Shown here in pieces: positions 42,588 through 57,419 of a DNA stretch of 64,000 nucleotides. Positions within the stretch are counted from its first letter, which is position 1. Every line of letters begins with the position of its first letter. The translations under genes and the position numbers were made by a program. The stretch lies in NCBI GenBank assembly GCA_951406725.2, contig OX597814.1:43338001-43402000 (forward strand). Direction: 5' to 3'. Below the pieces are notes generated by a model. That model worked only from the letters and a program-made list of their open reading frames with translations, did not search any database and had not been told where the DNA came from. The stretch is from Octopus vulgaris. Lineage: Eukaryota.

Positions 42588-43002
42588 GGATACGAGCTGA
42601 GAGAATTGCTAGAGCGTCGGACAATATGTTGAACATCATTTTGCCCGTCTTTACGTTCTGAGTTCAAATGCCACCCAAGTCTTCTTTGCTTTTCGCCCTT
42701 TCGGTTTCAATGAAAATGTACCAGCTGAGCACTCCAGTCGGTGTAATTTACTAGCCACCCAACCCCAAAATTTCAGACCTTGCGATGGTAATAGAAGGGA
42801 TTTTGTTAGAGAGCCAACAACGTTTGAGGTGAGGGATAATTGGACTACAGAGACCCCAGTACTTGATTGATATTTAATTTTCGAAGTACAGAATCGGGAA
42901 AGGCAATTTTCTGTGGTATTTGAGCTTAAAACGTGAAGACAGGCAATTTGGTACTAAGCATTTCATCCTGGTTGCTAACAATTCTACCAGCTCACAACCC
43001 TT
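42588..43002. mobile_element. Two old family A SINEs in tail-to-tail inverted orientation
   Basis: + copy 42588-42800 (tacgttctgagttcaaat); - copy 42808-43002 (ends ctaacaattctaccagctc). Confidence 0.7.
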
Positions 43003-44574
43003 TTCCTCTTAAATATAATGACACATGCGAGACTAAGAAAACCTTGAAATAATGTCTATATTAATCCTCAGCATATTCATTTTAAGTATAATTTGTTTCT
43101 GTTGAAGAATTATATTAAGATTTCAATGGAAATAGGGTCACAGCTCATCAGCCACCAGATATATGCTGGTTGTAATTTACATGAATTAGTTATAGTATGG
43201 AAAAATACCAGTTTGTATTTTATGGCGTTACTTGGGATTCCGATTTCAACATAAGTTCGGGAGCGAAAATGTTTTACATCAAACTGGACTCATTATTCGT
43301 TTTTATTTCTTTCACAAAATATGTATATTTGTGTCAATGAAAGACATTTTTTATTAGCATTGTGTAATGAATATATTAACTTACAATGTTCTATGTAATA
43401 ATTGAAGTTATTGATTATAAATAGTGTGGCGGCGTTGGTGTTGTTTTAAATATAAAGTGTGTGTGGGTCGTTTTTGTTGAAAATGATTCATAATTACTGT
43501 CTGCTTCATGACTTACACTTCATCGTGTCTTTTAACGTAGGAAACAGAAATCGCTGGATGTAGTCATTTGGCTGTAATCTCAAGTGTTGTTGGAAGTTAA
43601 AGTAAGCCAAGCGTTGTTTTTGTAGCTGTGCATAATTATTAATTGTGCACGCCTCAGTTAACATAGTACCGTATGCTCTCTGAAAATAACGTCTGATATT
43701 TCACACACGATCTAGTGCAAAACTTATCTCTTATTCACACATTGTGCTTGTGTTAAACACCTATACGATTTCAATATATTTGTGTATTTCTCTATTTATA
43801 TTCAAACGTCAACAAAATTATCGGTACTTCTAACGCCTATTATAGGGTTGATATTTAACTCTTTATCGCAGAATATATATCATCGCAGTGACTATATTAC
43901 TGCAAAACATGTAACGGTACTTACGTAATTAAAAGAGTTCTATACGAAAAAATTATGAAGTCGGCATTCCGAATAAGTGAAGATTTATATCCCAATCATT
44001 CAATAAGTAGCAGTAAGTAAAACCGTGGAAAATACTTATAAATAAAGTGGAAACTGACTAATGCCCTGTAAGTCCCGATGAAAAATATATATGTGTGTGT
44101 AAGGTATGTGAGTGAAGGAATGCGCCTGTGTGTCTGTGTGTGTTTGTGCCTGCTTACACACCAAGAGAGAGAGAGAGAGAGAGAGAGTAGAGTGAAAGAT
44201 AGATAGATAGACAGTCAAGAAGATGCTTACAACTACATATGAATAAACAGATAGCAGTACACACACGCACGTACACGTACACACACACATATGCACACAC
44301 ATATATATTGTGTGATTTATATAAGCATATACGCTGTGCCTAGTGAGAGTCATTAGGCAAATTATAATATTTATTTATATATATATATACGTTCGCCTAT
44401 ATGTAGACACAAATCTATATAAGACCGTGTATATACGTGGGTATTCATCTACACGGTACACATCTACACTTGAAACGATTGCAATATGATTCATTTTGTC
44501 TAATACAATGAGTTCATAAGTATGGACGAATCTACATAGACATTCATACAAACACACATGTCCATACGCACACA

Positions 44575-44883
<309 letters not shown>

Positions 44884-45172
44884 CCTGTATGAACATTTTT
44901 AAATGTCTTCAGGTTGACTGGATTAACGAGCAGTTTTCAGACGCTTATTAGCAATGCATAATTACAACAAAGAAAATATTACCAAAGTAAATAAGTGTGT
45001 CTCTTTAGAGCACATTTTCTGCTGGATTACAAGCGATTCGAAGGAAACGTTATAAACTAATGACTTGAAAGATATTGGCACACTTAAGTCTCATTAGTTT
45101 TGCGAGTTGAATTGTGTAGGTACGAATTTATCAATCTCTCCTTTTCACACTTCCTTTCTCTGAATGAAAAAA

Positions 45173-45246
<74 letters not shown>

Positions 45247-46328
45247 GTATGTATGTGTGTATGTATGTGTGTATGTATGTGCGTATGTATGTATAAATGT
45301 ATGTGTGTGTACATATCTGTGCGTGAGTGTCTGTTTTCGTGTCTGTGCGTGTGTTTTTTGAGTGTATATGTTAATGTATGCATGCCTATATGAAAGTAAA
45401 TAAGTACGCAAGTACGTATTTCTCAGTGATTATAACAGCATAGTATGACTCAAGACTAGCATATACCATTTGTCTCGTCCAATATGATTCACATGTATAT
45501 ACATACAAACATACATATATGTGTGTGTGTGTTTGTATATATGTGTTTATGTATATGTATGTATAGGCATATACACTGTTGTAGTATAACTGTAGTTCCC
45601 CATGGAGGACTCCATTGTTCCATCAACTGATAGCAGCTTCTGAATGAAGGTGTAAGTGATCATATATACCAGCTGATCATACAGTCGTCTAAACATAATG
45701 TATTTACGCTTGTGAGTGCTACGCGTGTGTCTAACTCATACTCGTGTAAGCATAAGGTGACAAAAATGTGAGAAGGGTATAGCATTTGAATTACAAAATA
45801 TGGCTGGGTCTGGTCTGGTCCAGCAGTTTCCAGTTGATTTTACAAATTGTACATTTGTCTTTTGAGAGCCTGAATTCAAAGTGCTTAATATTTTGTTAAT
45901 GCACTCATAACACAAAATTCTTTGGGAAAATTGTTCATCCCTATTTTTGGATAAGCGAACAGAAAATACGCACACAAGCAGAGTTCATTACATTTGGCCA
46001 CTGCTCAGTCAAATGAGAAAAAGTGTTTTTTCCCCCTCGGAAAAATTTATAACCGTCTATTACATTTTTGTCCTAATTTTTATCATAACTGAGCCAACTA
46101 GATCAGTATTTACTGCCAGCAAAAAAGAGGCTATGCACTCTGGGTAGCAAGTGAGAATAGTTATCAATGTTGCTAACAGCATTACTCGAAGGAAAAATTG
46201 CGATAGCATTCTAACTGATTATATACAATAACCAGGAATATAACGATCCAAAATATGAAAGTATAGCCTCTAGATCTCGCTGGTTTGTAGTGCGTACTTT
46301 CCCTCACATATGGACAAGGACAACTGAC

Positions 46329-46407
<79 letters not shown>

Positions 46408-46535
46408 GTAGGTCCCGGGTTGAGTCGGGGTTAACCACAGTAAATAAGGTACTCAATACATAGCAGAGTAAAGTAATTTATTTTATAGAAGGAGCTTCTA
46501 CAGGACTAGAACTGTTTCATTCAGATGAAATCTTC

Positions 46536-46879
46536 ATACTTAATAAACAGGGTTCAGCAAAGATTTGCTTTACCACATACCGAAGTTTAGAAATAGCAGC
46601 CTAAAACCGTTAGCTATTTCTTCTACTTTCAAAGTTGGTAACGTATAATTCTATATTCTTTATTCCATTCTAATTCCGAAACGCGCGTCCATAGGTGACC
46701 AGATATCGATTGATTTTCGTTACTTTTCCTCTCTGCCTGTGTGCATGGTTTTCAAGTATTTTGATTTTTCTGGGAGTCCCTTTTTAAAGTAGAAGAAATA
46801 ACTAACGGTTTTTGGCTGCTATTTCTAAACTTCGGTATGTGGAAAAGCAAATCTTTGCTGAACCCTATTTATTAAGTAT
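46536..46879. repeat. Inverted repeat, 94-bp arms, 156-nt spacer, inside a ~570-bp insert in (TA)n
   Basis: 46536-46629 versus 46786-46879 are reverse complements with a few mismatches. Confidence 0.92.
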
Positions 46880-46976
46880 TACTTAAGTTTACCGTGAAAT
46901 GTTCCTATTTTTCATGCCGAATTCTACTCGGTGAAATTATTGATTACTACTTAATTAATTAATTTTAACCCTTTGT

Positions 46977-47017
<41 letters not shown>

Positions 47018-47962
47018 ATGGTCATAGATGGAACTCTTTTTATCTACGTCTCTTCTATTCACTGCTTACAGGGATCTAACCACTAACAAGAAGGGAAATA
47101 TAGATAAACATCCAGAATGACAGTTTTTAGTAACATAGCTTTCTTATCTTCCAGTAAATCATTTCATCACCATTGTCGAATAAAAGTTTTCAAATAAAAC
47201 GACACTAAAATGTGAATTCGACTCCTGCGTCAACTCCACATTTTAGTTCAGGCGCTCAAAAGGGGAAGGAACAACATACAAATATTAACTGGAAACTGTT
47301 TTAACAGGTAGGGGCATATTCGCTTAAATCCAATTTTCACATCAACATCTTTTTTTTATCTGATTTACTTTCATGCTTCTAGTGGTTTAAGAATTTAATG
47401 TAATATATCACGTAATGTAAATGTTTTTTTTCGCATTTGATTTCTTAGAGGTATAATTACATTTAAATATGTAATGTAGAGTCGGAAATGCAAATAGTAC
47501 TCTAGTTATTTCAGAAAGTGGAACGATTGCTAATTCATATTATTCGCTTAATTTTAACATATACCTATTTGATTCGTAGACCTGGGAGGGATAAGTAGGA
47601 GTGTATCATTTCTAAGGCAAATAATTACCAGTAAAATATTTCGGTAATTCTTAAATGTGTGTCAAGATATTTTACTCAGATTTAGCTGCACCCATATAAC
47701 CTTAGAAGATATATATTTTCACGATATTACTATGCATGTAATATGTATGTTTATATATGTATGGTTATATACGAAATGGGAACATCTTCCCGATTCTGTG
47801 TGTAATTGGAATCTCAAGCTTTTTGTAATCTTAGTAAATATCTTTCTTCTCTTTCTCTGTATTTCATATGACTTGCATTTTATATTCTTTTCTAGATTTC
47901 GTTTCTTTATGCACACGGCTCATGATGCAAACCCACCCAAACATACACAAACATACACACAC

Positions 47963-48040
<78 letters not shown>

Positions 48041-48115
48041 GCACACGTGCACACTCACCCACGCATCTACATGCATGCATGCATACATACATACATACAT
48101 ACATACATACATACA

Positions 48116-48148
<33 letters not shown>

Positions 48149-50700
48149 CACACGACTAAGTATATTCTGAACTTAATTTCGATTTCAAGAGATAGAGAAA
48201 AAGATGCCAATGGTAGAAAACAGTTAAAAATATCCAACGTTCGATTAACAAAATGAATAAAAGAACACAAATAGGAAAACGAGAGAAAAAATGCCTGATG
48301 ATAGTAGTAGGTTTGTGATATGTAAAAAATGAGAACGGAAAGAATGTTGAAAGAGAAGGAAGAGAAATGCCCGAGACAAATGCAGTAGAAGAGATACAAT
48401 AATAGCGAATGAGTGGAAAGATATATAGAATGAAAGAGTAGAAAATGAGTGAGAGAATAAGAATGTTTGGAAAAGAGGAAATCGAGAAAATAGGATATGT
48501 TTTGAGACAACTTGTTTAAAAACATCGAGTGGGAGTATCTAAGAAACGAAAGAGAAACATGAAATTGTTGAGTTGAAATTCATGGGAAATAATTAAGAAG
48601 ACGAATGTGAGATAGACAGAAATATAATATAAATAAATTAGTGACAAAAATCAAATAGAACAGCAACTAGGACGAATGCTAGTTATAGGCGTAAAGGCAG
48701 AAAAGGAAAATGAATGAGTGAGAAACGAACACATAAAATTAATATATACTTGAACATGGAAAGAGGAAGACAAATTTTGAAAGAGACAAAAAAAAAAACT
48801 GAATCAGAAACGCGAAAAGAAGGAAGCTGAATAGACTATATAGAGACCGAAAGATTAACAAAGACTGAGAAATATGCGATGAATGGTGAAGTGTAGAGAC
48901 ATATTACAAACAGAATATAACAGCGAGAATTCCAAGAAAAAATGAATACAGAAGAGAATATAAGCGTAATGGAAGAAATAGGAAAACTAAAGGAATGTTT
49001 CTGTTGGTTTTCGTATCAAAATAGAACACTATTGATTCGGTCTTTGGCTGATTCTAAATTCAATTTTAAACTTGAAGATCAAAAGTTAATTCAAGAAAGG
49101 AAACTGAAATTGCCTTTTCTACTTTTTTATATATTATTTTATTATTATTGTTTGTATCCATTCCACAAACAAAAATACGATCTAAACAAAACATTGTTTT
49201 GCAATTGAAAATTTTTCTTCATTTTCAATTCTTCTATTGAGTGAAATATAATGATAACAATAAATGAAATGTAAAACACACATACTCAACAAAATAATAT
49301 TTTCAACGAACGACGGTTCGTTGTACTGAAAAGAATTCTAAAATTTTTAGAAATATTTGTTTTTTTTATATAAATATTGAAAACTATAATATAATATAAT
49401 ATAAATATTGTCATAGTTAGTTTGTAATTCGAAACATACATTCTGAAAATCACAATGCTGACTGAATTTTATATTAGGGATTGACAAAATTGAAATGAAT
49501 TTGTTTTTTTTACTATTTGTTGTTGTGTGTACGTCTTTGAGAAATTACGTATAAATATCCAGAGACAGGTTTGGCCAACATTTAATAAACCAACAATTAG
49601 CAACATGTACTGCTGCTTAACATTTTTCTCAACGTTGATCAATAGCCACGCGAGAGGCTTTAAATTTGAAATAACCGAACATAAAGCGTTTTCATGTAAA
49701 CTCAAATCATATCGCGGCCGTTTATTTGAGCTCTCTTTGGAACCAATATACGCGTTGGCAAACCACTAATACCACTAAACATAGCACTGTGTACACACTG
49801 TGTGGCAAGGTCAAACTGCACTTACTTAGAAAGTATGTTTAGCATATCCAAGTTCAGATTACTTAACAATATTAGTTACCTAGCAAATTTTGTATTTGTT
49901 TTAGACAATACTATTAATATACGATATTAATGAAAGTTTATAATCAGTACTAATTGTGTATTTGTGCTCAACGAAATTTAATGTCAGTAAGTAAGGAAGT
50001 AAGTTACAGAGTGGCAATGTAGTATAGATATTACATATATGTGTAAACAAATTTCATCACGCAATGTAACTAATGAAAGAACATCTACCTGGTCGCTCAA
50101 CACGCTACAAATAGCTATCCCCTACCTAAATCACATGCCCATTTTATTTAATGTCCTAGATTATGCCCAACAAGACAGTTTGCTGAAGGCTGGAATGTTT
50201 TTAATGAGAGGTTTGCTGTATCAGGGTTAACAACCTTATGGTAAATTTCTATATTAACACCAGCACGATTTTCATTAAGAAAAAAAAAATTTTGCGTGGA
50301 ATCACCTACCCTGGCCTCATATTATGCTGCAAATAGTAGTGGTTATGCTCTTAACCACTACGCTATATGGCAGTAGAATTTGGCAAATTTACTACCTTAA
50401 ATTTAATTAGAATTTGGTTAACTTACTACCCTAAATACGAAAAAAAGTTACTAATTAGGCAAACTTACAAATTAGCTGAACAGTTTTGTACAATAAATTT
50501 AAAAGATCTGAATTGTAAAGACTGATAAATGGGACGAACTGGCATTCATTGCTGCAATACTTTAAGTAAAAAAGTTTCTTATTCTTTACAAGAAATAATA
50601 GCTTGTCCTATACTTTTACAGATGTAATAATTTGCCCTATACATTTCCATGTTTATAATCTTAAGAATATTAATTTTCATGCTCTCAATTTTCCATATAA

Positions 50701-50767
<67 letters not shown>

Positions 50768-51169
50768 TGTCATTGAAACCGTTTCGGGCCGAATCTCTGC
50801 AAAAAATACCAGATAAAGCTACTTATATCCATATATATTTGTGCAAACAATAACTCTTTACTCGAGTAAGTATGAGTAAGGTGCCGAAAGTATGGCTGAC
50901 ATATGAAACATCATTAAATGTCTTTTCGAGGTGATGCTAATAATTTGCGCGTTGCCTGCATCACTGGCGAAGATTAAATCTGAAATTAGCGCTGATATGA
51001 CTCCATCTCGCTTGGCGTAGAGAGGGAGACTGCCTCGTTTGTCATCCCTTAGAAAAGTGCTCTCGTGCGGCTGAAACATGTTTTGATTCTTATTTTTAGC
51101 AATACTGGTGCGTATTAGCAACTTCCATCACTTTAGTGACACCTGTACGCGTTGCTTATATATATATTT

Positions 51170-51628
51170 CAGTGCTGATATCAGAATGGAGTTCGGACTG
51201 AGAAAGTGTGGTGTCTTAAAGAGAGGCAAAATCAAATGTATGGACGGGCTAACGATACTGTTGATGGAGGTTATGAAGCAGATAAAAGATACGGGCTATA
51301 AGTATTTGGGGATCCTTGGTAGCTCTGCACTTACGCTTGCAACTCTTCTCCTCATGTGGCAGGTCTCCACTTTCTCCAGATGTTCGTACATTAACTGCGA
51401 GTATTTCAGCCAATAACTTCCACATAAATAGCCAACAGGATATCGGCCTGTAATTTTCTACCATATTGCCTTTTTCGATGTTTTTCAAACACAGCACTGC
51501 CCTCCCAAGGTCAACCATTCTGGTGTTCCACGGTCGGCATTTAAAAAGGTGTTGAGTTGCGCAGCTATTCGTGCATGACAATCACCAAATCTTTTGTAAT
51601 ATTATCATTATCATTATTATTATCATTA

Positions 51629-51724
<96 letters not shown>

Positions 51725-52255
51725 TGTAGTAGTTGTAGTAGTAGTAGCTGTAATAGTGGTGGTGGCGGTGGTGGTAGTAGTAGTAGTAGTAGTATCATTA
51801 TTATTATTATCTCTTCATCACATGTTCTGTTGGAGCTCCTGGAATCTTGCATGCGTAGTGCGCTTACTACCTGCAGCTTACTACCTGTATCATGGTATTC
51901 GATCTTTTCAGCTGTCTAATACTTTGTTGATTATTGTGTCCGTTCCAAGGAGACAAATCTTTTTAAAAGTTCTGCTGTAAACTCTATTCCAATTTTTGTT
52001 ATATTCCTCTAGATGCCTTCTGATACTCTTCCCACGGACCCAACAATAATTAGTACTGTCTTCACCTTCTTAAGAGGGATGTATCTATCTATCTTTTCGC
52101 ATTCATTGTTCACTATCCGTGGGTCAAATGGGCATACAACAGGAACTATATAACATATGTGGTGCACCATGTCCACCACTAGGTGTGGTCTGTTTTCCTT
52201 TAGCAACTCAGCTGTTTGGATTAGAAAATACCTGAGGATTTTGTTGTTGGTGGTT
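51170..52255. mobile_element. R4/Dong-like (RLE) LINE fragments around an (AAT)n tract
   Basis: + strand DIRMEFGLRKCG...YKYLGI; - strand NYRPISC...WKLL; - strand RPHLVV...CPFD...EKIDRY...IVGSVG...KICLLGTDTIINKVL, followed by an (AAT)n tail. Confidence 0.8.
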
Positions 52256-52395
52256 AGGTTAGCGAACACGCAGTTTTGATTGCCAGAACGGGATGGTGGT
52301 TTACCCTGCTGTATTCTTTCTCACTCTGTCTTCCTGTTTCTTTCCCACTCTGTCTTCCTGTTTCTGTTGTACCTGTATTTCAAATGGTCACTTGT

Positions 52396-52540
52396 GTCAC
52401 ACTGAATCTCCCCGGGAATTACGTTAAGTTTATACGTATCTGTGGAGTGCTCAGCCAATTGCACGTTAATTTCACGAGCAGGCTGTTTCGTTTATCGAAT
52501 CAGCTAGAACCCTCGTCACTGTAAGCCACGGAGTAACACA
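52396..52540 (+). mobile_element. Probable SINE body/tail fragment of another cephalopod-type family
   Basis: Recalled motif gcacgttaatttcacgagcaggctg...gaaccctcgtc; single copy in this window. Confidence 0.45.
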
Positions 52541-53466
52541 CTGATATGTTGTTGATATCATAACAACCGATAAGCATCGAGAGAACATAAAATGAAATAA
52601 TTTAGGGCGGTGAATCACTACTCAAACAAATCTATATATAATATGGTGTAACTAAGTTGTTAAATAAATTTTTTAGTGCAGTATTAATTATTATACTTTC
52701 GAAGTTTGGCATTCATGTTATCGAAGCGCTTTAAACAGGTAAATTTAGAATCAGCAATATCAGTTGTTTATCCCAAGAAGACTTATCTCTAGTTTGGAAT
52801 CGTAATTTTTGTATACGTAGTAATGGAAAACATATCGCCGTCGCTTAAATCATCATTTTACGGACCTTTCGGATTTTTTCGTTACATACTAAAGGGAAAT
52901 TTTGTTACATGGTGATAAATATGTAATAAAGAAACATGCTGTCGGAGTAAATTTCTCACAAAACTGAATACATGCAGATAAGCTATATTTTATATCTTAG
53001 AATTTTCACCGCTGTTTTGTCTCTGGAAACTGCGTAGCAAAGGATATGTTTCCAACATCAAATGGATTGGGTGCTTGTTGATTCTATTTTATTTCTCAAG
53101 TTTTCTTTCAATCAATATTCTTAATCGATTTACGTCCACTTGAAAATTCAGTTTAATGTCTAATATTCCTAAGCTTTGTTCTAATGAGTACAACTTGCAT
53201 TTCAATTTACTATAATACAGCATCTATAAACCGTGAAAGATAAAAGGACTTCAGAAACTTAGATTGTGATGACCATTAAAGAAATGATTCACGTTTGGCT
53301 TTTACTGCCAAAATTAAAATAAATGAAAACCACGTTGTCAAACATAGATAATGAAACATTAGAAGATAGGCTTTAAACAATTTGATGACTATATGCGAAT
53401 CATTACAGCTCTCCCTATTTTCTGTATTCGCAGTACCACTCAATGAAAAATAGCAGCATATATTTG

Positions 53467-53530
53467 CAGGACCGGCTTTAGGTGGTGCGGGGCCCAGTTG
53501 GGAATGATTTTGATGGGCCCCAGGTTCTCA
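53467..53530 (+). mobile_element. Possible hAT-type terminus
   Basis: caggaccggctttagg followed by GGGCCC subterminal motifs; no partner end found. Confidence 0.4.
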
Positions 53531-54047
53531 GTCAAATTGCACCTCGGAAATCCCTTCCCCCACCCCACAGATCGGAGTTACTTTTTTGGCTCGTATGTTT
53601 TCAGGTGCTATCAACTAATCTCGCCTCCTGATACACAAGAGGAATTTTATCCCCTTTCTGACATATTAGGTGGTGGGAATAGTGAATATTTTATATGTTT
53701 AATAACTGCTATTTCTAGCATACTAAACAGTTATGTTAAGGACGCACTGCCTTTCAGTTTATTTAAAACTGTGTATAATGTGTGTATATATATGCGTGTG
53801 TGTATACATGTATGTATATATGTATGTGTGCCTGTATGCTTATGGGTATAACTGCTATTTCTAGCATACTAAACAACCACGTTAAGGAGCGGCTACATTT
53901 GAGTTCATTTAAAAGAGAGATAAAATGCTTTACATAACATATTCCGATATGATCGCGCGGGAGCATAGTTTCAACGGCTCGATACCTTTACTAATGCCAC
54001 TACTTCGCAGCGTGGACTGGATGCTTTTGCGTGATACGAACACGGTG

Positions 54048-54114
<67 letters not shown>

Positions 54115-54119
54115 CATAG

Positions 54120-54800
54120 AATTAGACAGCATTGCACTGAAAACCATCCAACCCAACAACACACACAACCCCAAAATACTTCCATACATTTCCACCCACA
54201 ACCCCAAAAATACCGAAGCATACACCACAATCATACAAAACTCCACTCTACTGTCAACAGACGCAAAAATGAAAAACATTATAAATACACACAAAATCCT
54301 CAAATGTAAAAGGCAACACAAATCTTTAAAAGAAACTCTTGACAAATGCCAAACTTCACACACCACATCCACCCCCAGCAGTTAAAAAATGTGCACCCCC
54401 AAACTGTGGCACATGCCCCTTCCTACTTGAAGGCTCTGAATTTATCTTCAAACAAGGAACGAAGTTTAAAATCAAGACCGACTTCTCCTGTTCCTCCGAG
54501 AACCTTATCTATGTTCTCAAATGCACCGGTTGCCAACATAATTATGCTGGACAAACGAGCCTCGCTTTACGTAAAAGAGTAGTGGTCCATAAAGAACAAA
54601 TAAATTCTCCAGGAATACCGGCAAATTCCACAGAGTGGCCACATAGACTCATGCGCTAAAGACAAAAGTCCAAAATGTTACATATTCCCCTTCTACCAAT
54701 GTAAAGACGGAATCACCACACAGGAGAGAATTAACAAGGAGAATATTTTTATTGAAAAATTCATAACGCATCTTAATATGCAAACTCCTCGTTGATCATA
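54120..54800 (+). pseudogene. Penelope-like GIY-YIG domain remnant
   Basis: KCAPPNCGTCP...CSSENLIYVLKCTGCQHNYAGQTSLALRKRVVVHKEQI. Confidence 0.9.
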
Positions 54801-54913
54801 CTTCTTTTTTCTACCTCATTCTTCATAGATGGACTAATACAAATTTATAAGGATACCATACAGTCATCACTTCAAGCTAAAGCTTATATTCGTTATTTAT
54901 CATTATAATTATA

Positions 54914-55065
<152 letters not shown>

Positions 55066-55561
55066 ATAACAAACTGAAATGTAATTATAAATTGGTTTAT
55101 ATAAATTTATATAAATAAAGTGTTAAAATCTGAATGTTAAGTTAGCAAACAATTATATAAAAAAAGATAATGCAAATGAAGCTAAAATGATAATTTTATA
55201 ATTTAAGGTTTATTAACACCCTTTATTACAAAAATTGATAAACCCAAATTGAAGAGCTTAAAACCCACAGAGTTGTCTCCCCTTACTCACAGGAACTGGA
55301 CAACTACTTCCTGTTTTGACATTCACTCAACAGACATCCTTAATTAAATGAAATAGCACGTGGATTTAATCACATGGATCTCAATCTTCCAAGGTAATTT
55401 TTTCATGAACTATCATTAAACTCGAGATACACAAAGACTTTACAACGTATCGAAATACCTATTTTTTAATTTTTGTACATGTTTATTATTATTTTTTTGC
55501 AAAAAAACAATGTAATTTTCTTTTTTGCCCCTCCTCAAACATAAACAATTTAATTTATCTT

Positions 55562-55869
55562 TCCGAACATGCACCCACGATCATACATATATGTACAAAA
55601 ACATACATACGTACACATACACATTTTCACACACCTACAGAAGTTACTATTAATTTAGAATAAGTTTATTAATTATAAATTACATTAATTATAGATTAGT
55701 TAGATTTATTTTTGTTTATTTGGCACTTACTAATCTATAATTAATTTAATTTATAATTAATAAACTTATTCTAAATTAATAGTAACTTCTGTAGGTGTGT
55801 GAATATATGTGTATGTGTACGTATGTATGTTTTTGTACATATTGGTATGATCGTGGGTGGATGTACGGA
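55562..55869. repeat. Inverted repeat, ~140-bp arms, 28-nt loop
   Basis: 55562-55700 versus 55729-55869, with several mismatches and small indels. Confidence 0.92.
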
Positions 55870-56822
55870 TGTATATTTTTATTACACATATGAGCACGCA
55901 GGTGCGTACTTGGATATGTATATATGTATATGCGCATATTTATTCATGGGTGGATATAAATATAGGATTTATTTATACGTATGAGTGCGCAGATATATAT
56001 TTAAATATATATATATATGTGAGTGCGAAAGTTCCCTGAGACAGTATAGGAAAGTGTATTAATATTTATGCGTATATGCGGATGTGCGTGTGAGTATGTG
56101 TGTTAGTGTTAGACACCGCTGCCTGTACTGTTTTGTCTATAAGCCATGCGATGACAGACATGCACTCTGCAATTTAGTGAATGTGTAGAGATGTGTCGGG
56201 GTGTATTCACATGTGTGTGTGCATGTGTGTGTGAGTTTCTGTGTTGATGTGTGGGTTTAGGGTTAGATGTGGTTGTGTATGTTTTGCTTGTGCGGTGTTG
56301 TGGAGGTCGGGCGGCTCTCAATTGACCAACATTGAGGACTATAATGATAATTTTAAATTCAAATCCAATGGTGTATTTATGTCATAAGGAAATTTACTAA
56401 CTGGAACCCGGAGAGACATATATACCGCTCTGGATCCTAATGTAAGGGTTATTAATAATATTATGAATGATAATAATGGTAACATTAATGGTATTGACAA
56501 CGATAATGATGCTAACTTTAATGATACTTTAGAAATTAGTATGAAGTAATATCATGTACTATTGACTATATATATTCGCATCTAGGTACTAAATTGTGTA
56601 TGTTTATTATCACAATATTAAGTCGAAAAACTGAGACATTGGATGTGGAACGCATATATATGTTTACTAATTTATATTATATATTTATATCATTATGTAT
56701 ATGTATATTTTTATATGTATAAGAGTGTGCGTATATGCACTCATATGTATATGTATATATTGCATTATGGGTATGCACCCACACCCATGTGGGTATATAT
56801 GTAGACTGATTTATATTACATA

Positions 56823-56949
56823 ATCTCCGAAGAGGCCTTATGATATTTTTGTAAATGTCTCATTTATATCTATATATTGACCTACCATAAAGGGCTAATA
56901 TTGGTAAAATGAGACATACTTATCTACATGGCCGAAACAGCTGTAAGAT
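56823..56949 (+). ncRNA. Type I hammerhead motif with CCGAAGA core and 92-nt stem II insertion
   Basis: atct-CCGAAGA-ggcc-[92 nt]-ggcc-GAAA-cagctg-TA-agat; palindromic stem III acagctgt. Confidence 0.65.
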
Positions 56950-57419
56950 ATAATCTATACTTATATTTATATTTACTTATATTCTCTTTTATATATATTC
57001 TACTTATTATACAACATTACTCTTTCATATACACATTTTTATGTACATTCCTTTATGTACACTGATTTGTTCTGCTTTTTATATTTAACCCTACAGTCTC
57101 TTATGTGGTGGTTTAATAAAGTATATGGTTGAGTATTATCTGGTAATTAATATTTGATTTAGATGTATTTCTCCATTTTCTTATCTTGTATTAGTAATTT
57201 GTGGTAAATCATTTTACCTTTGCCCATATAATACAGTAAATGAATTGATTGCATCGCAATCATTAACGTTTATGTATTAACTTTGTTGGGTACTTCACTA
57301 GCAGTATATTGGATATATGTTATCCCATGGAGGGTTGCATTTACAACACCTATCTCAATTTGTATATATATATATATACACACATATGTGTGTGTGTGTG
57401 TGTGTGAGTATGTGTTTGC

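Noticed and set aside
45720-46200. Unique-looking tract (also 49480-49810) as exon or enhancer
   Set aside because: No splice-bounded reading frame or recognisable motif; conservation cannot be assessed here.
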